A DNA stretch of 63,100 bases, the filler included, from Basidiobolus meristosporus CBS 931.73 (Eukaryota > Fungi > Basidiobolomycota): the NCBI GenBank assembly GCA_002104905.1. It is 4 parts of 4 records of this genome, joined end to end, with 100 filler letters (N's around TTAATTAATTAA, not from the genome) between each part and the next. Parts side by side here need not be neighbours in the genome. Positions count along the whole stretch, not along the records: positions 1 to 18,185 come from MCFE01001068.1; positions 18,286 to 40,726 come from MCFE01000977.1; 2 more parts are not named here. One strand, 5' to 3'. Of the stretch, positions 11,366 to 21,850 are shown one piece after another. The notes under the pieces were generated by a model, which saw only the letters and a program-made list of their open reading frames with translations, was not told the DNA's origin and did not search any database. The position numbers were made by a program, and so were the translations under genes. The stretch's first letter is position 1. Each line of letters begins with the position of its first letter.

Positions 11366-11854
11366 ATGCCATACGCACCTTTTGACTACAGCCTTCCCTA
11401 CGCCTCCCTTAACTTACGCGAGCAACCTCACTTGTATCGAGTTGGTAAAGGGGAGCAAGGGGTTCTATTAGTTGAACCATACAAGTCGGAACTACTGCCT
11501 CTTTGGCGCTTCCGTACCCCGGAGATTGCCAGCGAATCCTCTGCGAAGCTACTAGAAAAGTTCGAAGAGTATAGGGAAACGGGGGATTTCGTCGGGATGG
11601 ATATGGCACGGAAGTTTATACAAATGGGAGTCACAAGAGCCCGACGTTATGCGAACCATAAAGGGGGAAGGAAATACCTCAAAACTAAGGTGGGAGGGAA
11701 GAAAATAGAGCTACCTAGAGATAAGGAGGACCCGGTTAAAGCAGAGTCGGCCAGGATCTTTGGGAAAGTTTTAAAACACGTGAAAGAAGACGAAAAGTAT
11801 CAGAAACTGCTTCATGAACATCAACAGAAATACACGTCGCAGGAAAAGAAATGA
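11366..11854 (+). CDS. DUF4385-family protein, intronless
   Basis: YRVGKGEQGVLLVEPYKSELLPLWRFRTP and DFVGMDMARKFIQMGVTRARRYANHKGG are recognised DUF4385 blocks. ATG 11366 in a good context (ccaccatgaaatg) is the likely start. Confidence 0.85.
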   Translation: MPYAPFDYSLPYASLNLREQPHLYRVGKGEQGVLLVEPYKSELLPLWRFRTPEIASESSAKLLEKFEEYRETGDFVGMDMARKFIQMGVTRARRYANHKGGRKYLKTKVGGKKIELPRDKEDPVKAESARIFGKVLKHVKEDEKYQKLLHEHQQKYTSQEKK

Positions 11855-12081
11855 ACATCGAGAGAAATGTCTCGCCGTTCTCACGAATATATATGGACAC
11901 GGATCTATTCTTAGGTTACTGATAGCAGCTTAGGTTTGGTACCGATAACAAACACGATAACAAACACAAATAGTATCCTTTCCAAATGGATTTTCCAAGA
12001 AAATTTGTATTTCGCCATCACCACCAACATCCCACCATATAAAAGGCTAGATCATAACAATCATCAAAGTTTGTTTCAACC

Positions 12082-12887
12082 ATGGCAAATCTCTTTTCAC
12101 TTGCGCTACTAGTGATCTTGATCTGTGTAACTCCCATGTGGGGACAGGGTGAGTCCTCCATATCTTGTATAGTCGGAATTGCCAGTACTAACTCCATATA
12201 TCAGTCGGCGCCAGCTCTAGTACCAGTGCGACCACAAGTGCTACCACCAGCAACCCTCCACCGACATCCAGTAATACAGGCAGCCCTTCGCCAACACCCA
12301 GTAGCACTTCATCAATATCCAGTAATAATACAAGCAGCTCAGACAGCCCTTCATCAACGTCTAGTGGGCTAGGCAGTGTTGAAACCGGAAGTGGTAACAA
12401 CGATACTAGCGACTCGACTAATGGCTATCCTGGTAGGTTGACGATGATTGAGCCACATGTTGTTTGGCAACAACTCGTTCTTCTCCCTATCGGCAGAAAC
12501 ATCACATTCAAATGGGACTACAACAACGATCTAAAGGTTCAACCGAAGAAATTGAGTATCACGCTGCAACTCCCTGGCTCTCGAAACCAATACCCCCTCG
12601 CTTTGAACATCTCGGGTGATACCAAAGAGTGGGTTTGGGATACAAACGAATGGAGCCAGTCGAACCCACCATTGGTACAAGGTATAGGCTATGAGCTACA
12701 TATCTTTGACCAACGTGGTGAAACCGCCCACTATGAGCCTGGACACCTACTTCCATACACTCTTCCATTTCACATGTACAAGTTCAACTCCCAACCCATT
12801 CCTCCATCTGAACTATCATCAGCCATCTCCCTGAGTGGCAGTATCAGCACATTGGTCCTATGTATGTTGATGCTCTTCTTATTATAG
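12082..12887 (+). CDS. Secreted, probably GPI-anchored Ser/Thr-rich surface protein, join(12082..12148,12205..12887), about 249 aa
   Basis: Signal peptide MANLFSLALLVILICVTPMWG. A 56-nt GTGAGT...CTAAC...CAG intron joins in frame to a Ser/Thr-rich linker, a globular domain (IGRNITFKWDYN...WVWDT) and a hydrophobic C-terminal tail after SSA. Confidence 0.85.
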
Positions 12888-12913
12888 CCAATTTTACTAA
12901 TAAACAAATAACA

Positions 12914-15139
12914 CTATGTTGACTGGGAAAAATCGGGACATGGCTCGCACAGCAGCTCCTTTTTGAGTCCCTTGCGGGAGCGGAATCTCTTTCCATTGCT
13001 CTTGTTTACTAGCCTGTAGAGGCTAGCGAATGCAAGAGAGACACAGCCCACCCATAAGACCAACAACATCAGGATATTCTCGGCGATTGAGAATCCTCCG
13101 TCCAACGAAAGAGACCGAAGCTGCTGTTCACCAACTGATTGACCCAGGATCACCAAATCAGTGAATTGGTTTTTAGCCAACGCAGCAAAGCCGTATTTTA
13201 TGGGGGATATCCACTGGATCCAAGCAAAATAGGCAGGTGCGGAGCCGTTGTTTACAAGCAAGCCACCAAACATCATCAAAGGCAAAACAATTGCCGGGGT
13301 GATCGCCAGAGCTATCTGGAGCCTCTTGAAGAACGAGCCGAGAAGAATCCCCAGCGCAGACCCACAGAGAGCCACCATCACATTGACCAGCATGTAAATG
13401 AAAAACTTGCCAGCATCGGCCTGGAGCCCGATCATCCAATAGGTTATCGAGGAGAATATGATTGGCATGATGATGTTGATGGGTAGCTCGACGATGATTT
13501 TCGAGAAGAAGTAGGCGCTGACACTGTAGTACCCGCCTCCGTGCTCGCGTAAAAGCACGTTTCTCTCTTCGGCGAAGATCGAGATGGTGGGCATGGCGGT
13601 GGAAAATACCTGGTTGGTCCCGGCAAGGAACAGCGCTCCAGACATGTCCTGTATCTGCGCAGCCACCGTGTCTTTGTTGGTGACCCTCAGGTAGATCAAC
13701 CCGATCAACAGCGAGAAGAACACCGTTTGGAAGAGCTTCACTCGGAAGATCATCTTGTTACGGAAAGCATTCCTGCTCGCGCGTTTGAGGAGGTAGTTGA
13801 ACTGCGTCGAGAAGGCACTCCGGTATTTGAACATCTTTGGGGTGATCGGGCTCAGAAGGGGGTGTGTTGTTGTCTGCTCTACTGTCGCCGCCAACGCGGA
13901 GCATTTCCAGGCTTCGAGCACGTCTCCCAAGCGCTTCCTCTCGGTTTCCGTCGCTTTCTCGTTGCTGTCGACTTCGGGGTCGAAGCGGAATAAGACATTC
14001 ATGAATATGAAATCGGCAGGGTTGGTGTACAGCGGGCATGGATATCCAATGGACCGGTAGTACTCAACTGATTGGCTGGTCTCTCCGGAGAAAGTGATCT
14101 AGGCAATGGGGGTCAACGTCGTCCGCGAACACCGAATCCACCTCTCCTTACCTGGCCGTCCTTCAGGATCATCAGGTCGTCAAACATATGGAAAATCTCC
14201 GAAGAAGGTTGGTGCATCACCGCAACAACTGTGCGCCCACTTTGAGCCAGCACCTTCAATGTGTGCACCACCATCATAGCGGTATAAGCATCCTAATCCA
14301 AACTTCAGCATCCGAGCTTGAATTGATTGGGCATTGCACATACTGACCAACCCTGAGGTAGGCTCATCCAAGAAGAGAATCGATGGATCAGTCACCATCT
14401 CCATGGCTATGGCGGTTCGCTTCCTCTCTCCACCTTGATTGGCTCGTTAGAGATCGATGTGGATAGGCTCAATGCGAGAATAGTTCTCTACCTGAGATGC
14501 CTTTTTTGGTGGCTGTTCCAATGATGGTGTCCGCGGCATTTTCAAGCTGAAGGAGCGATAGGATCTCGTCTAGCTTTGCCCTGGCTGCGTCGTCATCCAT
14601 ATTAGGGATTCGAAGCTTGATGGACATAAAGATAGCCTCGCGTACTGTCATGGTCCCCAGAATGAGGTCGTCTTGGAAAACAAACCCCGACACCAATCTG
14701 ATTGCTGGGCCACTGACTCTCCTACCGTTCGCGTACAGCCCTCCACTCACTTTGCCTCCTGTTGTGGCACCGGCCTGCCAATCATATAAGTGTGATGAGC
14801 GAAGATGAGCCTGAGAAAGGTACACTGACCAACACGTTGAGCAGACTCGTTTTTCCCGAACCGCTTGGTCTAGTTAAGAGCGTAAGTTGAGGTTGGGAAT
14901 GGGCAACAAGCAGACAGGCCGTACCCTAACACCGCAGTCAAACGCCCGGGCTGAAATACCCCAGTCAACTGCTTCAGAATAACCTTCTCTTTGGTGGGCC
15001 GCTTTGAGAAGAAATGGCGCTTTTTATCGTCCGACGGGACCTCCACGGAGTATGTAAGGTCTCTAAAAGTAACTTGAATGGGCTCGGCAGTAGTCTTGGT
15101 AAGCATTCCTACCACACACTCTTCTTTACCCTTCTCCAT
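12914..15139 (-). CDS. ABCG (White-like) half-size ABC transporter, multi-exon
   Basis: [10 protein letters not shown], Walker [21 protein letters not shown]-loop, ISGGERKR signature, [10 protein letters not shown] Walker B and a six-helix ABC2 membrane domain, split by several short introns. Exon boundaries are approximate. Confidence 0.92.
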
Positions 15140-16057
15140 GGTGAAACTAGATTGGAAATAAGATTGGAATAGGTCTGGAGTATGGCCGACTCTTATATCG
15201 ATTCTTTCCTTCCCAATGCCTCCAGTCGTGTGGTGACATTTGACCAAGTTCTTGGTGGTACACCCGCGTTTACAGCCACTATTTGGCTGTGTTTGTCATA
15301 AAGATGATGTCTCACCAAACCCTAAATAGAACGATCGAGCTCCACTCTCGGATAAATGGGCTTTCTCCCTCCCATCATGTGACTCGATCCGCCAACCCAG
15401 TTCTCTATGCGCACACTATACACATTCCATGTACAATTAATCAGCTTGCTAAAGTGTTCGAACACTCACGCTGAAGATACATCCAACTGCTGAAATGACC
15501 ATATTGCCATTTATGGAGTAGACCAATCAGCTTCTTTTCCAGAGCCAGATCGGCATTCAAAGATCAAGGGAAATATGGGAGTTTAACGATATAATGCCAT
15601 AATATACACAATGAATTGTGGTTGGATCACAAATTGAGAATACATATATATATTTTAGGTTGACTGCTCGTTTCGTTTCATCAGCCAGATCCATTAATAG
15701 ACTGATTCTCGTCGTATAATGTAGAGCTCCTTCATAAGAATGCCCGTCATGGTCAATTAAGGAATTAATGGAATCAGGTTCTTTAATAGCTCCTGAATTT
15801 TTTTGGCAATTCTGATACTGTTTTCTTTGTCTTGAACTCATTCTCCTTTTTCCTCTAAAGCCCTCGCTTCTTTATGTTTGTGGTTGTCAACAAATAATCC
15901 CTTTTCTCCCAACCACGACTCATTTCTACAAGTAACCCTGCTTTATCCCACATTTTCTTCCTAAAGCACGACACCCAGAGTTTACTCAAGTCCGTGCCAG
16001 TGCCTTTCAACTTGACGGGCTTTCCCACGCGCTCTAATTTATTGGGAATTGTTCATA

Positions 16058-17701
16058 ATGGCCCACCATTACCGTTCGGGGAGCTCTCATCCGACTTATC
16101 CTTCACCAACAGTTGTTGGGGTTCATTTTAGAGTAGGAAAGAAAATTGGGGAGGGAAGCTTTGGAATTATATATGAAGGTATTCCAGATTGAAAATGCGT
16201 TACCCTTGTTGACTTGGTTTTAAGCTTTGGACTTTACTTCAGGAGTGAATCTCATTAACAATCAGCCTGTTGCCATCAAATTCGTATCTTTTTTTGCTAG
16301 CTCTCGCATAGTTGTCACCTACGTTGTGCCTGGTATTTTCTTTGATTCACCGTGTCCAATAGGAACCACGTAAAACCGACGCTCCACAACTTCGGGATGA
16401 ATTTCGGAGCTACAAAATCATGGCGGGAACCCGTAAGTGAACCACATATTCGCCATGCGTTTTAAGCCTCTGGACTTACCCATGGCTAGCGGGAATACCT
16501 GCTGTGCATTATTTCGGACAGGAGGGGATGCATAACGTGCTCGTCATAGATTTATTGGGACATAGCCTCGAGGACCTTTTCGACATCTGTAGAAGAAAGT
16601 TTAGCGTCAAGACCGTGGCAATCCTTGCTAAGCAAATGGTGTGTTTTCTCCGAGAAACATCACAGCTTGTCATGTCGACTAACATAACTTGTAGATCACC
16701 CGTGTTCAAGCCGTTCACGACCACAATCTAATTTATCGCGATATTAAGCCAGACAATTTTCTTATTGGAAGGCCGCACACAAAACACGCCAACTCTGTAT
16801 ATATGGTCGACTTCGGGATGGCAAAGCTGTATCGGGACCCCAAGACAATGCAACACATCCCCTACCGGGAGAAGAAAAGCCTCAGTGGGACTGCCAGATA
16901 CATGAGCATCAACACACATCTAGGGCGAGGTTAGTAATTAAACGATCGTTAGCCGTAGGGGGTGCTGATCTTTTGATGCTTTCATAGAACAATCAAGACG
17001 AGATGACCTCGAATCACTAGGGCATGTATTCATGTATTTCCTTCGCGGGTCCTTACCGTGGCAAGGCCTCAAAGCAGCTACCAATAAGCAGAAGTACGAG
17101 AAAATTGGAGAGAAGAAGCAAACCACACCTGTCCAAGAGCTTTGCCAAGGGTTTCCAGGTTCGTATGTGTTCACCGTGAGACATGCATAGCATTCCCGTA
17201 CTGATCGACCACGATGCAGAGGAGTTTGCCACATACCTTACATACACTCGTAAGCTTGGGTTCGAGGAAACTCCAGACTACGATTACCTTCGTGGGCTAT
17301 TTGACCGTGTTCTTCAAAGTGTGGGTGCGCAACATGGCGAAGTGTGTGATTGGATGCTACCGGATAATCGTAGCCGCCTCGAGAGCCACGACCAAAAACT
17401 ACGGCCCTCGGACGTGGCACGGCTTAACACTGCGCGAGGCACCACGTCTCAGCTCCATAGCGATCGTCACTACCGCCAGGGCCATCTCGAAGCATCCCGT
17501 GCCTCGAACCAGCATAGCTCTTCACACCCCACCCGCACCAGAATCAACCCACCCGTCAACCAACATTTCTTGCATACCAACCACAAATACCTTGGCAGAG
17601 ACGAGCCTCGTATACAAAACATCACCCCTCCATACATGGATAAGAAGGGGTTCTGGGAGAGGTTGATGGATCTAGTGCTGTGTCGAACCTGTACTGGCTG
17701 A
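16058..17701 (+). CDS. CK1: Casein kinase I (YCK/CK1-gamma-like), 7 exons
   Basis: [65 protein letters not shown] and LPWQGL across six GT-AG introns. The Cys-containing C-terminus LCRTCTG may be palmitoylated. Confidence 0.95.
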
Positions 17702-18185
17702 GTACATGCCAGCACCCAGGATTCCCTTTCACTATCATTTCCCTTTCATTCACCATTTCCATCAGCTAGTTTATTCTTTAGAGCACCACGCAAATGTCGT
17801 AGGGGATACGGATCAAGTGTACACTGATTTCTCAGACTGCAGCTAGACAGCCCAGAAATCTTCTCCCTAATAGTTCGGATTGATCCCATTCCATGTATTT
17901 ACCCTATGTATTTACCCAGATCATTAAAATTATCCATGGTAGCACGAAAATTTTCCATCCACAAAATAGCTCTCTTCCACACCGAGCTGGTCCCAGCACA
18001 TGAAGCAAGCCTTTGAGAATTTTCGTAATTTGGCCGTTGAATCGCAAGGTTGAGAACAATGGGATGGGCTCTTGGGGTGTAGTGGTTGGATCTAACGGGG
18101 TTATTGTCAGTGTAGACCTTTTAGGTGTTCGACATCTGGTGGAACTTGAGAAGCCACCCACGGCTTTGGAATTTTCTCGCTTTGT

Positions 18186-18285
18186 NNNNNNNNNNNNNNN
18201 NNNNNNNNNNNNNNNNNNNNNNNNNNNNNTTAATTAATTAANNNNNNNNNNNNNNNNNNNNNNNNNNNNNNNNNNNNNNNNNNNN
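18186..18285. other. Assembly gap with artificial TTAATTAATTAA linker
   Basis: 44 N + TTAATTAATTAA + 44 N; the linker places stops in all six frames. Confidence 0.97.
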
Positions 18286-19050
18286 GGATTGCTGAAGACC
18301 CCATACTTGGTCCACAAGATTAAAAAATCTATATGGTCTCAAATTCTCACTATGAGCCTTGAGTTGGCAAGTTAAATTCTTAGTTGGAATCTTTGAGTTT
18401 CCAATGAAGCACTGCTGCCAATAGCATCTATTGTAGGTCAGACAGAGCAAATCCAGCTCTATTAGCTCTACATGTATATGATCTTGTTATATCCACTGAT
18501 AATTAAGACACATTAAAACACACTAAATCAGGCCTATTGAAGAAGTCCAGAATGCCTGATCTGGGAGAGCTCAATTGCTACCTAGGGATAAAGTTCTCCA
18601 TTGACAGAAGTGTCCAGACTATCATCCTTAGCCAGTCCAAGTATGCTAAAGATATAGTCAAGAAGAACCATATGGAAGACTGTAGTCAGGTAGCTACCTC
18701 AATGGAGGAAAGCTATAGCTTAGTCAAAGCTCAACCAAATGATGAGAGCTTGATGCTATCTGAAAGCCCTGAATGCTCTTACCAATCTATGACTGGCAGT
18801 TTGATGTATATCATGCTTTAAACACTTCCAGAAATTTTAAATTCAGTAGGAGTTGTAAGCCAGCATAATTAGAGCTGTGCATCTGAACATATTACAGCAA
18901 TTGAGCAAGTTTTTAGAAGCCTACAAAGGCTGTTGATGTCCAGTTAAGGTAGCTCATCAGAGCTCAGATCAAGATCTTGTGGAATACTTGGATGCTGATT
19001 GGGACAGAATTCACAAGACAGCTGACAAACAACAGGATATACCATTCTTT
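18286..19050 (+). mobile_element. Highly degenerate copia family A RT/RNaseH fragment
   Basis: KKS(L)YGLK, MPDLGELNCYLGIKF and YQSMTGSLMYIML parallel the RT at 25550-26300. Confidence 0.8.
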
Positions 19051-19059
19051 AATCCCTAT

Positions 19060-21850
19060 GAGAAATAATTGGGATGATCACATTGAAAGGCTTTTGCAAA
19101 ATTAAAGTCCTATGACAGAGTGGTGCTGATCCCATCAAAACAACATGCAAAGACTATTGAAAAATCATTGCACCCCAGATTTCACAAAAAACTTGGTTAA
19201 GAATTTCTTCACAAGACATAAGTGGCTTTTGATTGGTCCTCTGCCAATTCTCTTGCTTTCTGATCCTGGACACTCAATTACCTTCTGCATTTCTGTATGT
19301 TGATTGGCTATAGCCTCTTTCTCACTTTCCTTACTTCCTGACTCAAATGATCATCTAACATTTCATGCATACATATTGATTTATTTCTGTTGAAACTTCA
19401 ATTGTACCTTAACTGCCTGTTGCATTGACATATAAAAGTCCCTATATCCAACACTAATATTAAGCTCAACCCCATGCTCTACAAGTAACTCCATTAAAAC
19501 CTATAATTCCATAGATAGTTCCACTGTAATGCTCTTTGTCCATGACTTTGGCGGAAACCCTGCAGCTTTATGCCACTATTCATTCACTGGCTCCCATACA
19601 TCCTGGTCTTCAGCCTGCACTGCAAGGTCTAGCACCTCATCTGCTAGTCTTTGCAACAAATACTTGCAATATTCAAGTGCATTTTCTTGAGCACTGCTCT
19701 TGAAGAAGTGCTGCAACCACTTGGTATGCCTATCAACATTGCAAAACTCCACTGTAGGCACTTTCATAGTCTTTGAGTTCTTGATGTACTGCTTTGTCTG
19801 TCAGTAGGATCTCCACTCTGTCTATAATGGAAGATGTGGAGGCAGTGGTAGACACATTGCTTTTCTCTGCAAACTCAACTACCTCACAGAAGTATTGCTC
19901 AACTGGCTGTGCTTCCAACTCTTGAGAAAACAACTTTTGTCTTATTGGTAGATCTTCTTGACTATGCTGGAATTTGGTAGGCTCATGGCAAGTAGCATCA
20001 ACTCATAAGAACTGCAGCTTTTTCTTATGCTTCCATGTCTCTGGCTTATGTAGACCTTTTTCTCTTTACCATGAGCTTTATCACTACCAAGTCACTTACT
20101 GTTACTTTGACTGGGCATTTCTTGTACTATACTTGGTCTTCTCCCCAATGAATGATACACTGGTGCATCTATTTTTGGCTGACTCATAAGAAAAAAATTT
20201 TAGAAAAGGCAAGCAAAATACCATCATTATATCAGCTGAATACCAAGTTTTGCAAGATTGACATTTCTCAATACTGTTGTTGGAAGCTGATGGGTGGGCA
20301 GGCAGGCAAACAGGTTCTCCTGGAGGAGACTAGGCCAACTAGTCTCTGTTCCAAATAAGATAATAGGCAGCCCATTTCTTCCAGCAAAAAATGCATTTGA
20401 GATTTTGAACCAGAAAAGCCAGCTAAAGACCAGCAAAATACCATTAGAACACCATTAGAACACCAGCAGAATACCAGCTGGAAAGCAGATGAGTCCCAAG
20501 CTGGAGATTTTTCATAGGGCAATGGCCCCTTGTCAGCACTCTTCAGGCACCTGATCTTTCTTTATTACTTGCTTAGAATTATTAGCCCTACTTGTGACAG
20601 GCTCATGAGAGAGCTGTAGGTTCTTATTACTGTCAGGTCATACACTGCTACTATAACTAAGGGCTTCCTGTTTTACACTACATTTTCTCCCTGAAAAATG
20701 CTGCAATGATGCATCTGCTTCTGCCTTCCTGTCCCTTACAGGCACTCTTCTGGCTACCTGACATATCATTGCCACTTGTGTGGAGCTTTCATCCCTTCTT
20801 GTGACAAGCACTTGGGGAAGCTGCTGATTTTGAGCCATGGCACTCTTGTTCTTCTGCCTTTGATAGTTTCTGCTAGACTTGGGATACTTTCTTAGCATTC
20901 TAATGCTAGCCCAAAATCCATTTGCTTGCTTGGATCCAGGAGGATGCTAATGGAATAGGTTAAATGCATTCTGCTTGACCTTGATTTTCTGATTGTCCCA
21001 TGGTATGCTAGCCTTCTAATGGCCTCTTGAGTATTGGCCTACTCTTCATCATTGCACTCAACAGCTTCATGGATCTTCAATATCATTTGAGTTTTAGGCT
21101 TTGTCATCAAGATCTCCAAAGGCAATCACACTGCCTACGGTAGAATGCTTGAGCCATGACATGCACAACAAAAGGTTATACTAACTCTTCAAGAGCATTG
21201 GTCAAGAAAACACATTTGAATTTTTCAAGGACTTATTGCAAAGACAAGTAGATGAAGTGCTAGACCTTGCAGTGCTGGCCAAAGACAAGGACATTTGGGA
21301 GCTGGCAAATGAATGATGGCATATTGCCACAGGGCTCACACTAAAGTCACAAAAATATGGAATTTTGTCACACACACTTGTAGAATTGTAGATCTTAATG
21401 GGTTACTTATTGAGTGAGATGTTGGGCATAGTGTAAGTATTGAGTATATGGACTTGAATAGTTCAGTACACTAGACCATCAAGCTACAGTTGAAGACTGA
21501 GCACAAATAAACCAATTCATTTGTGTGAAAAGTAAGCAAATTGCTTGAGTCAGGATTTCTGCAGTGTGCAAAAGGGGTTATAGCTAATCAATGTACACAA
21601 ATAAAGGAGGAGATTGAGTATCTGAATGCACAAAGTGAGAGAATTGGCAGATACCAATCAGCAACCACTTATATATACATATTTGATGTGCAGATTATTA
21701 ATGGTATTTGAACAGTGTCCTTATGGCATCAATGACTCTTAGTCTTGGGATTGAAGCATTTTGACAACCTTGGGATGGGGTCATCACAGTTACTTTTGAC
21801 AGGGCTAGTCTAATGGCATATAATTTGGCTATTGAGGCAAAGGTTTCAGT
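19060..21850. repeat. Unidentified degenerate repeat present as two inverted copies (about 19060-19960 minus, about 21050-21850 plus)
   Basis: Minus FFKSSAQENALEYCKYLLQRLADEVLDLAVQAEDQDVWEPVNE aligns with plus (21185-21313) LFKSIGQENTFEFFKDLLQRQVDEVLDLAVLAKDKDIWELANE. Confidence 0.7.

Noticed and set aside
13139-14060. Plus-strand ORFs overlapping the ABCG gene, and similar shadow ORFs over the hydrolase, CK1, gag-pol and RT
   Set aside because: They are antisense or alternate-frame shadows of well-supported genes, with no motifs of their own.
15557-15841. 94-aa ORF between ABCG and CK1
   Set aside because: No recognisable motif and AT-rich intergenic composition; I cannot support it as a gene.
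17880-18185. Possible 3' end of a gene convergent with CK1, cut by the gap
   Set aside because: The composition is gene-like, but no frame gives a recognisable domain and the 5' part is lost in the gap.
18230-18241. TTAATTAATTAA palindrome recurring three times as a biological motif
   Set aside because: It is always centred in exactly 88 Ns, so it is a pipeline linker.
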